From assembly GCA_905178155.1 (NCBI GenBank), contig CAJINV010000004.1:10957655-11021654 (forward strand): 64,000 nt of DNA. The letters are read 5' to 3'. Both the position numbers and the translations under genes were made by a program. The notes under the pieces were generated by a model. That model was not told the origin of the DNA and did no database searches. It saw only the letters and a list, made by a program, of their open reading frames with translations. Below, one piece after another: positions 14,301-25,918 of the stretch (position 1 is its first letter; every line of letters starts with the position of its first letter). Source of the DNA: Amoebophrya sp. A120. Its lineage: Eukaryota; Protista; Dinoflagellata.

Positions 14301-17300
14301 GCAGCATGCTCATATGCTCAACTCCACCTTCGTATTATTTCGTTTTCATGAGGTCAAGTTTTTCTTTTTATTTTTCACGGCCCCAACGCTAACGCACCAA
14401 CAACTGCAGGCGATTCAAAAGTTCCGAAGCTGGTCCCCAGGAGACAAGAAGAAGCCCTCGCCGAAAGCGAAGCACTCACCGCAGCGACTCCTCTTTTCGA
14501 AATTCGACGAGAATGAGAAAGACGACGACGGGAAAGCAGCGCTCAGACGAGGAGGACAGAGGATCCTGAGTAAGCAACGAAGCGATTTTGATAAAGGAGC
14601 AATAAACAAGACCAGCTCGTCTTCACTGCAGGGCCAGAAGATAAACCCACTGCTCATCACCCCCACGACGCGCACGAGTTCGAAGGGCTCGCTTTCGAAA
14701 AAACAATCTGACATGTTGGTTAACAACCCAACGGCCGTTGGTCGAACCTCCACGCTGCACCGTGACTACTATCAGCGGGAGTCTGCCAGGGTGGCCAGTA
14801 TGTTCCACCAAAATTCACCCTTGACGACCAAACGCGCCCCGGATCTATTCGAATCTCTGGCGACGGCGAATACGCCGACAGCTAGGAACAGCTCCGCCCC
14901 CGCGACTCCGACGGGGACCAGAGCGAGAAATACAAACGGAGGCGGCACGGCATCCAATCAAAATCTTCTCGCGTCACACAACTACATCGCAAGAAAGAAC
15001 ACTTCTGTGCAGCAGGACAGCGCCCGACGCTCTTTGCAGGACCTGCAGCGGCAGCTGCGCACGTTCCATGACAAAGTGAAGCTGGTCGAGATATCACAAG
15101 AAAAAGCGTTAACGTTAACGGAATTTGTGACGCAGTAACGCATCAGAAAAGGTGCCCAAATTTGTATTGCGTAGCATGCATGGAAGGCAAAATTTGTAAT
15201 GCATAACTGCCATCAGTGAGAACCGTTAACGTTAACACTTTTTCCTGTGATACGAGAGTCCTCGGTTTCAGAAACAACTGTTGCGGCACGAAAGGGAAAT
15301 GCAGGAGTATTTACTCGAAAAGGGCAGGCGGGGCGTGGACCTCTTCTATTACCACAAAGCGGAAAACGACAGCCCGGACCAGAAGCGCGAGCGGCACTTG
15401 CAGCGGAACAAAAAGCACCCAGATCGCAAACTACGAGGGATCTCCCCGATCAACAAACGCCCTCTGTATTCCCCAAAATCGCAACTTGCCAAAGTCGTGG
15501 AGATCCATTCCGCCAACCCGAGCACGCTCGCGGCCGGGGCGGCAGCGACGATGAACACTGCTGGTTCATCCGGAGAGGTAATGCACCAGCAGCAGAAAGG
15601 GGTAATTTCGACGATCAGCAGCACCGGAACTTCTCTACAGCAGCACAGTGTGATTGCCCCCGCCCTGAGTACAACGGCAAAGACCACCAGGTCGCTAGCG
15701 GCGTACAACACGATTATGTCCGGCACCACGGCCGCAACCTGGCCGGACCCCGAACTTCTATCCCTCGTGGAAATGGAGCGCGCGCGGCTGCTCGGCCCCG
15801 CGGCGGGCGGCGTGGATGACAGTTTATCATTCGACGTCGAGGACTTGTTCGACCAGAGTTCTTTCAATGCCAGTCTCGGTGGCGGCGGATCAGAAATCCA
15901 GGACAACCTCGGACTTTTGTCCGCGCAAAGTTCGTTGTTGAAGCGCGCCTCACGCGTTTCCACCAGCACAAGGAGTGCGGGGCAGAGGGTGGTGTCTTCC
16001 GGCAACACAGTGCGCGCGTTGAAAGAGAACATCACTGTGGGAAAGATCCGCTCCTTGACGGGGGACGAGGTCCAAGTTGCGGTGAACGCCGTGGCGAGGT
16101 TGCGGAAGAAGGCTCCGAAAGCCCAGGAGGAGCAGCACCGGAAGGATTACGCCGAGATCCTCGGCAACGTGGAGGCGGCGGAGATCCTGGAGGAGCAGAT
16201 CAGAACGGCGCACGAGGACATGCTGAACGCGCAACGGACCGCGTCTGGGTTCGTGGAAGTCGGAGGAGCGACAGATCTTGGTACTAGTGTCAAGGTGAGC
16301 TCCTCCTGTAACGGCGCGACTGCCTCCAAGGGAGATGATCGAGACCACGCAGCCGTCGAGGATGAAAGTCATCAACTTTGTTCCCCGCCCGGCGATCACA
16401 TGTTGCACGACGACGGAGAGGACACGACAGCGAAACTGACCGAACAGATTCGCGGCGCGCGGTCAATCCACCGCGGGTCCATCGACCCGGGGACAGACAA
16501 TGTCGGGAGTATGAACTGCAAAAGTATCGTACTCGTAGTATTGCAGCACAAATTACCTCAGCATGACAAAGAGAATTTATCATGCTGATTTAGCTAGAAA
16601 ATGAAATTTGTCTTGCATGCCTGCGATTAGTACGAGTGCGATGCTTTTGCACAGGATAGGGAGTCTCCGTGGACAAGACCCCAAAGCCGTGCTGCGCGCC
16701 CTCGGTGGGGTTCGGTCCCCGGACGAAGCTAGCTTTCACCTCGACGGAGGTGACATCGGAGGTGGACGGGGAGGCACGACCAGCGGCCAAGGTGGTGACA
16801 CCAGTCAGGTTGGACAGCCACCTTCTGTCGCGCCCTTGGATGAGGAGTCGAAGCGCGAGAATATCTCGCCGAAGTCGCTCGCGTCGAAAATTGAACAACA
16901 GAAGAAGATGGATGAAAGGGAAAAAGATATGAACTGCAAAAGTATCGTTTTTCTCAGCATGAAAAATAGAACTTGTGATGCTGATTTACCTTAAGCAAAA
17001 TATTTGTAATGCAAGACGTGCATATAATATACGAGTACGATACTTTTGCACAGGATAAAACAGTTGCAGCAGCAAAACTGGAAGGCTTTGGAATATCCCA
17101 CAGAAAAAAGCTGGCAGGTCACATTTGTAATGCAAAAATAAACTACGCAAAAAAATCTGTACTGCGTATCCTAAACAGCATGCTACGAGGCCACCCATGA
17201 CAGATTTTTCTGTGTATTTATTTTTGCATTACAAATATGCCCTGCCAGCTTTTTTCTGTGGGATATGGAATCTACCTTACTTGGATCTACTTCGATGCCG

Positions 17301-20300
17301 GTCGCTGCTTCCATGCCGGTCGACGGGCTGTACGTATCCTGTGCAAAAGTATCGTACTCGTACTAATTGTAAATATGCATGACAAATCTTCTTCCTAAGG
17401 TAAAACAGCATTACAAATTTCATTATTACAAATTTCATTTGTAAAAGTGCTGGCGCTGGGTATACCTAGTGCGATGCTTTTGCGTTGCATAGTACGGTAC
17501 GGGGAGCAAGGATATCGACCCGAATTATCCGACGAGTAGCGGCACGGAGGACGAGGGGATGGACAGCGACAGTGCGGTGGTGAATGTGAAAAATCCACCA
17601 AATTTGATTCCTCAAAAACCAAATGAAAACCCCGCGGCCCCTCCCCCTACTCGGCTGAGCCAGAACCGCAAGGAGGACTTGGAGTTTGTGAAGCATATCC
17701 TGTGCAAAACTATCGTACTCGCAGTAATGGCACTTATGCATTACAAATCTAGTTGGTTAGGTAAATCCGCATTACAAATTCAATTTGCAATGCTGAGCCA
17801 ATTTGTATTGCGATTTGTACTAGTACGATACTTTTGCAGTGCATAAAGCAGCGCAGGGAGCAACTTACCGAAGAGGAGAAGAAAATCGACGAAGCGTCGT
17901 ATTTATCCTGTGCAAAAGTATCGTATTCGTATTGCGATCGTGCATTACAAGGTAAATCAGCATTGCAAGTTTTATCTCTCATGCTATAATGCATTTATAC
18001 GAGCGCGATACTTTTGCAATTCATAGTACTTATTGGAACTGAGCAAGGATATGATGGCGAAGACGAACCAACCGCTGGTTGAATTGAACGGGAAAAACCA
18101 GCTGGCCAGTTTGAGTCCGCAGGGGTTCAAAAGCCTGATTTTCAACAAAGACGGAGTTGCAACTAGTACATCAACGGGAGGTGGCGTGGCTCTTCCAGGT
18201 AGAGGTGGACAAGTAGGCACTTCTAGTCCGACGGGAGGAACAAGAGCTTCCGCATACGGAAGCATGAACGTGCTAGACGAAATAAACGAAGCAACCGCGT
18301 CGGACGCGTTGACCACCCGGTCGGGCTCCAAGCAGCAGGCCTTTGAGCAGGAGATTGATGACATCGTCGGACAGATGACGCTCAATGAGGGGGACGATGA
18401 GGAGGATTTTTTTGCTGATGTGGACAACGATGAAGTAGATCACACGAACCCTGGGAAAGTCGTGAATAACGCTAAGCAAGGCCGGGCGGACAAGAATAAC
18501 AAGCGAAGATCTTTAACCCTGTTAGAAGATGACTCTCCGGCCGGTCCTCCAGGTGCATCAACCAAGAAATCATCCAATTCTCCGAAACAGGGTGGAGCCC
18601 CCACGACCTCGACCTCTCCGAAAGGCACGGCTTCTCGAGGTGCTGGTAAACACCTGTTGCAGCGGTCCCCCAGTGGGGACACGCAGCTGGTGACGCAGCC
18701 CCAGCATTTGGATCTGCTTGACGCGGATGTATGCAGTGCAAAACCAAAAGTTGTATCGTATTCGTATAAATGCATTACAAATTTCCTCCGCATGAGAAAT
18801 ACAAATAATTTAGAATTTGTAATGCTGAAGATCTAGCTCAAGAAAAAGATTTGTAATGCATGATTGCAATACGATTACGAGTGCGATACTTTTGCACAGA
18901 ATAGGATTCAGACACCTACAACTCGCGATTTCCAGCGCCACCGAGCACCTCGACAAACGCGCCCAGGCAAATGGCGAGGATGAATAATTCTTCAACGAGG
19001 AACATCAACGCCAGTAACCAGCATCTGATGTTGAACAACAAAACCGCAGCTGATCTCAACAGTCACGCGAACTTGGGTGTCAACCAAGAGCTGCTCTTGT
19101 TGAACTTGGAAGACCATGTTGCGAACGCTCTTGAAAGTGGGTCGGATGACGAGGACGACAAAGCTCATCTCGCCTTCGGGAAATCAAAGACCAGTCCGGC
19201 TGTCGGCCCCTCGACGAGTCTGGTAATGGGGAAGCAGACAAAGAAGTCTGAAATAAACAAGGTGCTAGATCAAGAAGCTGCTGCACAAGAAACTGCATCA
19301 CCCGGAGCAGGTGGATTTGGTCCGGGGCAGAATGCCGGCGCGAAAGCGCCGGCGTCGACTGCGCCGCCCTTGACCACACTGGGGAAGTCGAAGACGGACA
19401 AGTTCAACCCGATGGACCTACGAATTGCAAAAGTATCGTTATCGTACTCGTATAAATGCATTACAAATTTTCTCAGCGTGAGAAATAAAATTTGTAATGC
19501 GGATTTGCCTTAAGAACAAGATTTGTATATGCATGATTGCAATACGAGTACGATACTTTTGCACAGGATAGGACCTTGTCGTCGACAACAAGCAGCACCG
19601 AGTGAAAAGGACCCTATCCTGTGTAAAAACATCCCCACCCCAGAGTTGTCATGCAAATCTGCATGCTCAGCATGTTTCTCATGCGGAGCCCCATGACAAG
19701 CATTTTCTAGTCGTGTCTTGGAATCTGTAATGCTCCAATCAGCATCATAGGCTAGATCTGTGACGCTGCTGAACAAGCTAAGCAGGATTACACTACGAGG
19801 TCAAACTTGAAAATGCGTAATAACCAAAACTGGCTGACTTCTCTAGCAGATTTCCCATCTTGACTATGGGGTGGGGACATTTTTGCTCAGGATAGACCCG
19901 AATGCTGTGGAAGGACGAACTGCAGGCGGAAGCGGTGCAGCGCGCGCTCGCCAAGTCTCTCGGGCGGGACCACACGAGTGATAGCACGCCGTCAAAAAAG
20001 AAAAAGGATAAAGACGGTGGTCTACTTCAAGGGGCGAATTCAAACACATCAGACGGCAGGCAGAGAAAAGCGAGACGCCAGATCACCGGCCTTGGACCGA
20101 AAACGGCGGTGCGTCCGAAGCACCAAGTGATTGGGGCGGTCAATCGATCGGCGTATTTGCAGGAGAAGCAAAAGCATCACGATCGAGTTGTGGAGCAGCA
20201 GAAAAAAATGAAAAACTCGAAAGCGGAAGAACAGGAGATGGAGCAAACGCTTGACGATGCGATGTTACAAGCCCTCCGCGTTTCCTCAGATGGTATGGAC

Positions 20301-22295
20301 CGCCGCGCGTCCGTCTCCTTCGCGCCAACGCACACCGTTTGTACTGATTTGGCCTGGGAAGAACAAGAAGTCCATCAAGTTAAGAGCGGTAAGAAGTTAA
20401 AAGACGCACAGGACGAAGTAGGTGACGACGATCTGGACCTCGACCCGGCAGCGATAGTCGCGGTAAAAAGGAAAAGAGAGCGTGGAGGAGAACAAGACCA
20501 TGCTGGTGGAGATGATGAAGACGAGCAGCAAAACGAAGCCGAAGCCGACGAACAGGGCAGTGAGGACGTGGGCGCTGCGCTCGGTCGGACGTTGGCGCAG
20601 ACGTTTGGGGGACGGTCTGACGAGGACCAGGAATTGGAAGCGTTTACCGTAGCGATGACAAAGTCGCTGCCGAAATCCTACCGGAGAGACTCCTTTGGAA
20701 CGAGCAGTCTGGGGCTGTTGGGCGTGTACGAAAGGGGAAAACTACCCCCCTAGTCGGTCCCCCTCGTCGTCATTTGTCGTGCAAAATACTGAATGTCGTG
20801 CCCTTTGGCTCTCAGCGCTGTTTGAATGTTGAAAGGTTCTTCCGGAAGCCGAATCAACACTAGAGCCTGTCGGGAATTTGATGTCATGCAAATGCTGCAT
20901 GTTTAAGTTTATTCTCTTTGCCATCGCTTGTCTTGCTTTTCATGCCATGCTTACAAATGCGGGGGAGGCGGAGTGGGAGTTGTGCACTCTCATAGCACGA
21001 AAAGGATAACGACGTCGGTCGCGGCAGAGCGGGCGGAGGAAGAGAAGCACGAGCAGAAGGATAGTGTTTCCGGATCTACTGCATTTGTTCCGGCAAGCGG
21101 TGTTGAGAAGGTCACAGACCCTGTAGCACAGAAAGAGCTGCGCAGGGAAAGGAGTGAAAACAACAAGCATCTCCCTGCCATCAAGAAGACTGCAGCAGGT
21201 GGAGAACAACTCCAGCCTACTGCTGACCAAGTGGTCACGACGGTCCTCGTCGACCCCGGTGTGCATAAAACCGGTAGCGGCAGGTCGAGCAAGGAAAGTC
21301 AGCGAAAAACTTCCGCGTCGAAAAGCCGCACAGCTTCTTCGAGTTCAAAGCCTGCAAACACGATGAACACATCCCTCACTACATCGTCCACAGCTGGCGG
21401 TGGTACTTCTGCGGCAGTTACTAGCACTGGTGCAGCTGCAAGGAGTATGTCTAAGTCCGACCGCGCTATTCTGCTGACCTATTCGCCGCAGCGCCTCGAG
21501 ACGCCAGATTCTACCTCTACGATGGCGAGAATTGGCTCGAAAATCAAAAACGGGCGATGGGCTGCGCCGCGATGCGGAACAGCGCCAGCAAGTTCCGGCG
21601 CAGGTAGTGGTGGAACGAAGAGCAAAAGCAAGACTGCTGGCACAATACCAACAGGGTCGAACAGGGCGCTCGCACGGTCAGGCTCGAAGGAAAACGAAAA
21701 GGATCATATGTTAACAAGGCAGAATCACGAAAACAACAATCTTCAAGCGTCTACTTCTTCTACACATCGGGGGCAACAAGGTCAACGTGATGACAAGGAG
21801 CCGGACATTGAAGTCGACCCCAGACTCTTGCAGCAACTCCAATTGCTCGAAAGCAAGAACCTAGCTGCGCTTTCAGAAACGGATGACGATTATTACAACA
21901 CTAACATCGACCCCTCGACGCACTCGGACCACCACAACCCTTATTCATCCCCAGGAGCTGCACCATCGAAGCTGACGAAGAAAGCCGTGAAAAAATTTCT
22001 GTCACCCCTCGTCGGAACAAACCGAGGCAGTGCTCAAGGGGGATCAGCGAGCACCGGCTCTCTCTCCGCCGTGGCGCAACTGGGTGATGACATGTACCTG
22101 GAGCCGGTGTCTGCGCAGCAGCGGCGCTGGGAGTCGCAGCAGCGGAGCCGGGAAAAGTTCAACAAAATGCGGCGAAGATTGGGGCCAACCACGGATTTAT
22201 CTAACAAACTGCCGTGGTTTTCGACCGACGAAACCGCGGAGGAAAGATGTGAAAGGATGTTCTTAAGGCAGATTGGAGGGGAGGGGCAGAAGTAG
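5380..22295 (+). CDS. Giant (~3,850 aa) protein with several cyclic-nucleotide-binding (cNMP) domains and a long low-complexity C-terminus; 26 introns (5 GT-AG, 21 introners)
   Basis: cNMP motifs YLPGESIIRQGD..FGELSLLGIANVRSATI, FDAGEVIV..GEYFGEQTALG, TFGEFSLVEG..RRTATL, GDTFGEIFALGLRSDRVATIRA. Canonical introns at 7638-7802, 8512-8760, 9314-9457, 10679-10899 and 14210-14409. All junctions keep one open frame (11,562 nt). The start may lie upstream (ATG 5154, different frame). Confidence 0.75.
6690..6854. mobile_element. Introner, family A
   Basis: tatgcatggcaaaagtatcgtac...ttgcacgggata; TSD ggcgc/tgcgc (4/5). Confidence 0.8.
6911..7126. mobile_element. Introner, family D
   Basis: 36-bp TIR tataacagtgcacaactccccctccccctcatttgt (1 mismatch); TSD ggcgg. 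Confidence 0.92.
8929..9181. mobile_element. Introner (TIR intron)
   Basis: Imperfect TIR (ttacaatctcaaacgttgcgaatagaatctggaattt / aaattccagactctattgtaacgtttgagaatgtaa); TSD cagga; gives PFFQD|LNPEF. Confidence 0.88.
9936..10242. mobile_element. Introner, family C
   Basis: TIR tatgg..gtcagagttgaaatcgacaaagttgaaa; TSD ccatc; homologous along its length to 12184-12493. Confidence 0.9.
11394..11553. mobile_element. Introner, family A
   Basis: tatgaattgcaaaagtatcgtactcg...gatacttttgcacaggata; TSD gccgg/gccga. Confidence 0.88.
11608..11881. mobile_element. Introner, family B
   Basis: TIR tgcaaatatgtctgggtctggaag/cttccagacccagacatatttgca; TSD ctact. Confidence 0.9.
11911..12059. mobile_element. 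Introner, family A
   Basis: tatgcattgcaaaagtatc...gatacttttgcagttcata; TSD tgcac/tgcaa. Confidence 0.85.
12184..12493. mobile_element. Introner, family C
   Basis: TIR gtcaggattgaaattgacaaagttgaaa/tttcaactttgtcgatttcaatcctgac; TSD ccggc. Confidence 0.9.
13482..13791. mobile_element. Introner (TIR intron)
   Basis: TIR tattacaatgaaaaatgccccca/tgggggcattttttcattgtaata; TSD gccgg. Confidence 0.9.
13837..14047. mobile_element. Introner (family E-like)
   Basis: TIR gaaaaaagtgttacagt/actgtaacacttttttc; TSD acctg; 216 nt removed is in frame; right end reads GA rather than TA. Confidence 0.85.
15092..15252. mobile_element. Introner (family E-like)
   Basis: TIR tatcacaagaaaaagcgttaacgttaacgg/ccgttaacgttaacactttttcctgtgata; TSD cgaga. 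Confidence 0.9.
16510..16658. mobile_element. Introner, family A
   Basis: tatgaactgcaaaagtatcg...gcttttgcacaggata; TSD gggag; near-identical reverse complement of 24216-24367. Confidence 0.9.
16928..17057. mobile_element. Introner, family A (internally deleted)
   Basis: tatgaactgcaaaagtatcg...gatacttttgcacaggata; TSD aaaga/aaaca. Confidence 0.85.
17094..17265. mobile_element. Foldback-type introner with ~70-bp inverted arms
   Basis: tatcccacagaaaaaagctggcagg..atttgtaatgcaaaaataaa / tttatttttgcattacaaat..cctgccagcttttttctgtgggata; TSD tggaa. Confidence 0.92.
17335..17491. mobile_element. Introner, family A (reverse orientation)
   Basis: tatcctgtgcaaaagtatcg...gcttttgcgttgcata; TSD gtacg. 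Confidence 0.88.
17696..17845. mobile_element. Introner, family A (reverse orientation)
   Basis: tatcctgtgcaaaactatcg...gatacttttgcagtgcata; TSD aagca. Confidence 0.88.
17904..18025. mobile_element. Introner, family A (reverse orientation)
   Basis: tatcctgtgcaaaagtatcg...gatacttttgcaattcata; TSD gtatt/gtact. Confidence 0.85.
18730..18903. mobile_element. Introner, family A
   Basis: tatgcagtgcaaaa...gatacttttgcacagaata; TSD ggatg/ggatt. Confidence 0.83.
19419..19570. mobile_element. Introner, family A
   Basis: tacgaattgcaaaagtatcg...gatacttttgcacaggata; TSD ggacc. Confidence 0.88.
19615..19894. mobile_element. Introner (TIR intron)
   Basis: tatcctgtgtaaaaacatccccacccca/tggggtggggacatttttgctcaggata; TSD gaccc. 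Confidence 0.9.
20727..20994. mobile_element. Degenerate introner, family D
   Basis: Right end gagttgtgcactctcata matches the 6911 element; left TIR and TSD are decayed (gcgtg/gcacg); 273 nt removed is in frame. Confidence 0.6.
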
Positions 22296-23771
22296 ATCGT
22301 GCGGGCAGAGGTTTTCTGTCGGGAGAAAGCCGCGAGAAAATCACGACTACACCTGCTCGACACCTTGATTATATCGAAAACTAACAGTAAGAAGACGAAA
22401 ACCATATTACCGAAGAGGCGTGATGCCTTTCAAATGATGGAATCGAAAGTGATCCACGAATCATTCTCGAAAGAAACTGAATATTAAATACTAGTAGAAA
22501 GTGTTGCTAGCGTTAGGCTAAAAAGAAAAAAAAACAGAAGTGAGACGGGCCCAGCAACTTGAGTCGCGATGCAAAATCAAGGCCAAGACTGATCCGTTTA
22601 TTACGATTTCAAGTCTAGTGAACTATGAGGAGCGTATACACGTTTACAGCAAGCTTTTCCTGACTCAACTATGGAATATCCAACTTTCTACTTATTTATG
22701 CTTTGGCTTTCGATAGATTCATCAAATAGGATTAAGAACGAAGAGAAAATCACAACGCATGTGCTTTGTAGCTAACACACCGTTGATTAAGACACAGCAA
22801 GAAGAGACCTTCCGATACAGAAAAAGTCTAGCTAGAAAACAAGCTCTAGCGCTGCACACGACAAGTTTAGTAGAGCCATAGAGTATGCCGTGCTTATTGT
22901 TATTGATCCTTCACAGACCTGAAACACGAGTATGTACAATTTCATATCTTCAAACTCACCCTATCACAGTTCTTGTTCTATTGGTAGCTAGCGGTATAAG
23001 ATCGTATTCTAGAAGTAGTCCTGATGTTGATAGTCAACGAAATTTTTACAAGCAGCTTGAACTTGTATTCCTCTACTTCCGTCGCATGTTAGTCTTAGTG
23101 TATGATGTTTAGAATGAAATGTCGGACCCGAAACCATCAGGTGCAAGAGCGATGCCATGTTGATGACTTGACATCCGACCAGCAATTGATGAATACCTAC
23201 GCTAGTGTTACCGTTACGTGTGCATTTTGCGCCGCTCTCCACTGAAGCTCCCCAGAAGAGTAGATAACACGATTTACAAGTGAGATGGAGGAGTGGAAAT
23301 GCCGGACCGAACTGTGAGCGGCGCACTCAGCGAACGAGCGATACCAAAATGAAAATGAATTACCTCTACCTGTGCCTGAGTTACGAGTTGTGCCTACGAA
23401 GCAAACCAATCTTACCGCTCTCTTTCCATAAGTAACTGAGTGCCACTTTCTGATTCGCGTCATAAACTTAAATCTTCTGGAACATCACATCATGCGAGCG
23501 TGCTGGGGGATGAATATGTGAGTGTGACTTCGGTCTCATATTATTTTGAGGTATTTCCACCCTAGGCCTAGCGTTTGTGCTACGTTTGCTTCAGCGTAGT
23601 TCTAGTATTGCTTCTCCTCGTTATTTTTGTGTAGCTTTTGTGCCTTCACCGACACCGACTTTGTTTTTGCGGTCGTCCTTGGTTTGGCTCCTTCGAAGCA
23701 GGACCGCGCCGCTGCTGCCTCAACAAAGTGCTGGGCCACTCCTCTCTAATAAGTACCGCCTTTCTTGTTCA

Positions 23772-25765
23772 ATGCTGGAGATCTTTAGCGCTGAATCCCG
23801 CGTCACCCTTTTGCAGAAATGCGACGATCTGGACGACGTCCGAAGAGCGCTGGGTTATGAAAGCCTCAGAATGGAAATCCTCAAAGTGGAATTGGAAATA
23901 ATTTGTGATGCATGAAATGCGACGCAAAAAAGACTGTATCGCAGAGGACGCAATGGAGGCCAACTATTGCCGCCCTTCTACGGGTGAAGAATTGGAGTGC
24001 TGATTAGCACGAGAGAAGGGCACCCCTTTGCGTTAGCCAGCATGACAGACATGCTTTGAGTGCCCGGGAAATTTGTCATGCGCCTCCTAGAAGTGGCACT
24101 TCAACTGGAGTGGTTTTTTGCATTACAAACTATGTTCACTTTGAGGATTTTCGACCTGAGGCTTTCATATGGGTCAGGACGTAATTCCAAGGTTTCTCTT
24201 GACCCTTTCCAGAATTATCCTGTGCAAAAGCATCGGACTCCTACTAATCGCAGTCATGCAAGACAAATTTCATTTTCTAGCTAAATCAGCATGACAAATT
24301 CTCTTTGTCATGCTGAGGTAATTTGTGTTGCAAAAATACTACGAGTACGATAATTTTGCAGTTCATAAGAATCCGCACGGAGCTAAACGCAGTCGCCGAG
24401 GAGCTGGAGCAAGCGGATGCGCAAGCGCAGAAGGGCTACGGCCGGATCACGCTGGACTTGCAAGAACAGTGCGAAATCATGGATCTCACTTTGCAGAGGT
24501 ATTATTATTAATTTTTTGCCCATTTGGTTCTTCTTCCGTCGTGGGAGATGTATCAATTGAGATGGAAATGTAATTGACTGTGAGACGAGATGAGAACATT
24601 CATAGTATGTCTATGCTTTTGTTTGTGTTACTGTGAGTATCTCAATCCACTTTTTCCGGTTCTTCACTAGAAAATGGCTCGGAAACTAGTACAATCAAAT
24701 GTATTACAGAATAGAGGCCACGTATCTTCCAGACAGTCCTGACGACCATAGGAAATTTCGGGAGTGGTCCTACGAGGTATGCGGGCTGTACGAGGAAGCG
24801 CGTGCAATGTTGCAGCAGTACAACTTGGAGTCACTAGCGTCCCGCGAGGGAAAAGGCAATGGGTGCCAAACTGCGGCCGACAGCAGTGCGGCGTCGCACC
24901 CGACCACAGTTCTGGCAATACCAAGTGGAAAAACACAGGAAAGGGGAAAAATTCAAAATTTTTGTATCTTGCAAAGGCAGCCCCATTCCGAAATCTAATG
25001 GCACAGGGATGGCCGGGCCCACCTGTCCGATGGCCCGGCGCGATCTCCTAGCGGCGGCGCTTCTGCCTGTTGAGTTCCAGCAAAGCGCAGCCATCCACTC
25101 TCCGCAAGATCGGCACATCGTCGCCAATATTTTTGCGCCCCAATTTTTGCTCGCCGCGTTCGTACCGGAAGTCGGGCGCCTGCTTTTCTGCCGAACACGA
25201 ACCCGCCCGAGGCAGGGGCCATCAAAAAGAGCCCAAAAGCGAGGCCTCTTTTTGGCCAAATCTGGGGGACATAGGTCGGGTTACAAATCCACAGGAATGC
25301 CCAGAAATGAGGGCAACCCCGGACGCGACAATGGCGCGGCCGATTTGGGCCGAAAACCCGGCAGTTTTGGGCCGATTTGAGCGCCCAACGCGACAACGCG
25401 GCCGATTTCGGCCGATTTGGGCGCGACAATGGCGCCGCCTGGGGCCCGGCAGTGATGTTAAAACGGAGCGCCTGCGTTTTCAAATTGTAGACAGGCCCGG
25501 GGGCAGGCCTTCTGCGTAGTGTGTCTTTTGATACGCCGCGAGCGGTTTTTCGGCCCGGCGTTTGTGATTCCGGCGCAAATCACCAACGCCATGCGCATGC
25601 GTTTGGTTCTCACCTCTTTCAAAAATGAGGCATGGCAAAATTTTGAAATTTTCCCCTTTCCTGTGTTTTTCCCCTTGGTAGGCAAGCTTGGCCTCACATT
25701 TGCAGAAGGTTTTCAGCTGCACGGAACCGAGGAAAGCGCGAGGAGGCAAACGGAGATTGCACTAG
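23772..25765 (+). CDS. Hypothetical helical/coiled-coil protein, multi-exon; 5' exon structure uncertain
   Basis: Exon IRTELNAVAEELEQ..LQR, then GT-AG intron 24499-24709, then IEATYLPDS..SHPTTVLA, then a 762-bp TIR element, then SLASHLQKVFSCTEPRKARGGKRRLH*. Confidence 0.45.
24216..24367. mobile_element. Introner, family A (reverse orientation)
   Basis: tatcctgtgcaaaagcatcg...ttttgcagttcata; TSD agaat. Confidence 0.88.
24919..25680. mobile_element. 762-bp non-autonomous TIR element (long introner/MITE)
   Basis: ~45-bp TIR taccaagtggaaaaacacaggaaaggggaaaatt/aattttcccctttcctgtgtttttccccttggta; TSD ggcaa. Confidence 0.92.
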
Positions 25766-25918
25766 TGGTTCATCTCGTTGTGTTTCGATTCATCCTAGTA
25801 CTTTGGACCCGCCTAGTTGGTGGTACCAGCCGGTATACACTTGCGAGACTTGTTCGCCGCCGTGTCGCGATTACAACAGCTGGTGCGGCGTCGCACCCGA
25901 CCACAGTTCTGGCAAGCT

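Noticed and set aside
11390-19570. Recurrent peptides such as MNCKSIVLV and YEYDTFAQD in many ORFs, suggesting a repeat protein family
   Set aside because: They are read-through translations of family A introner TIRs.
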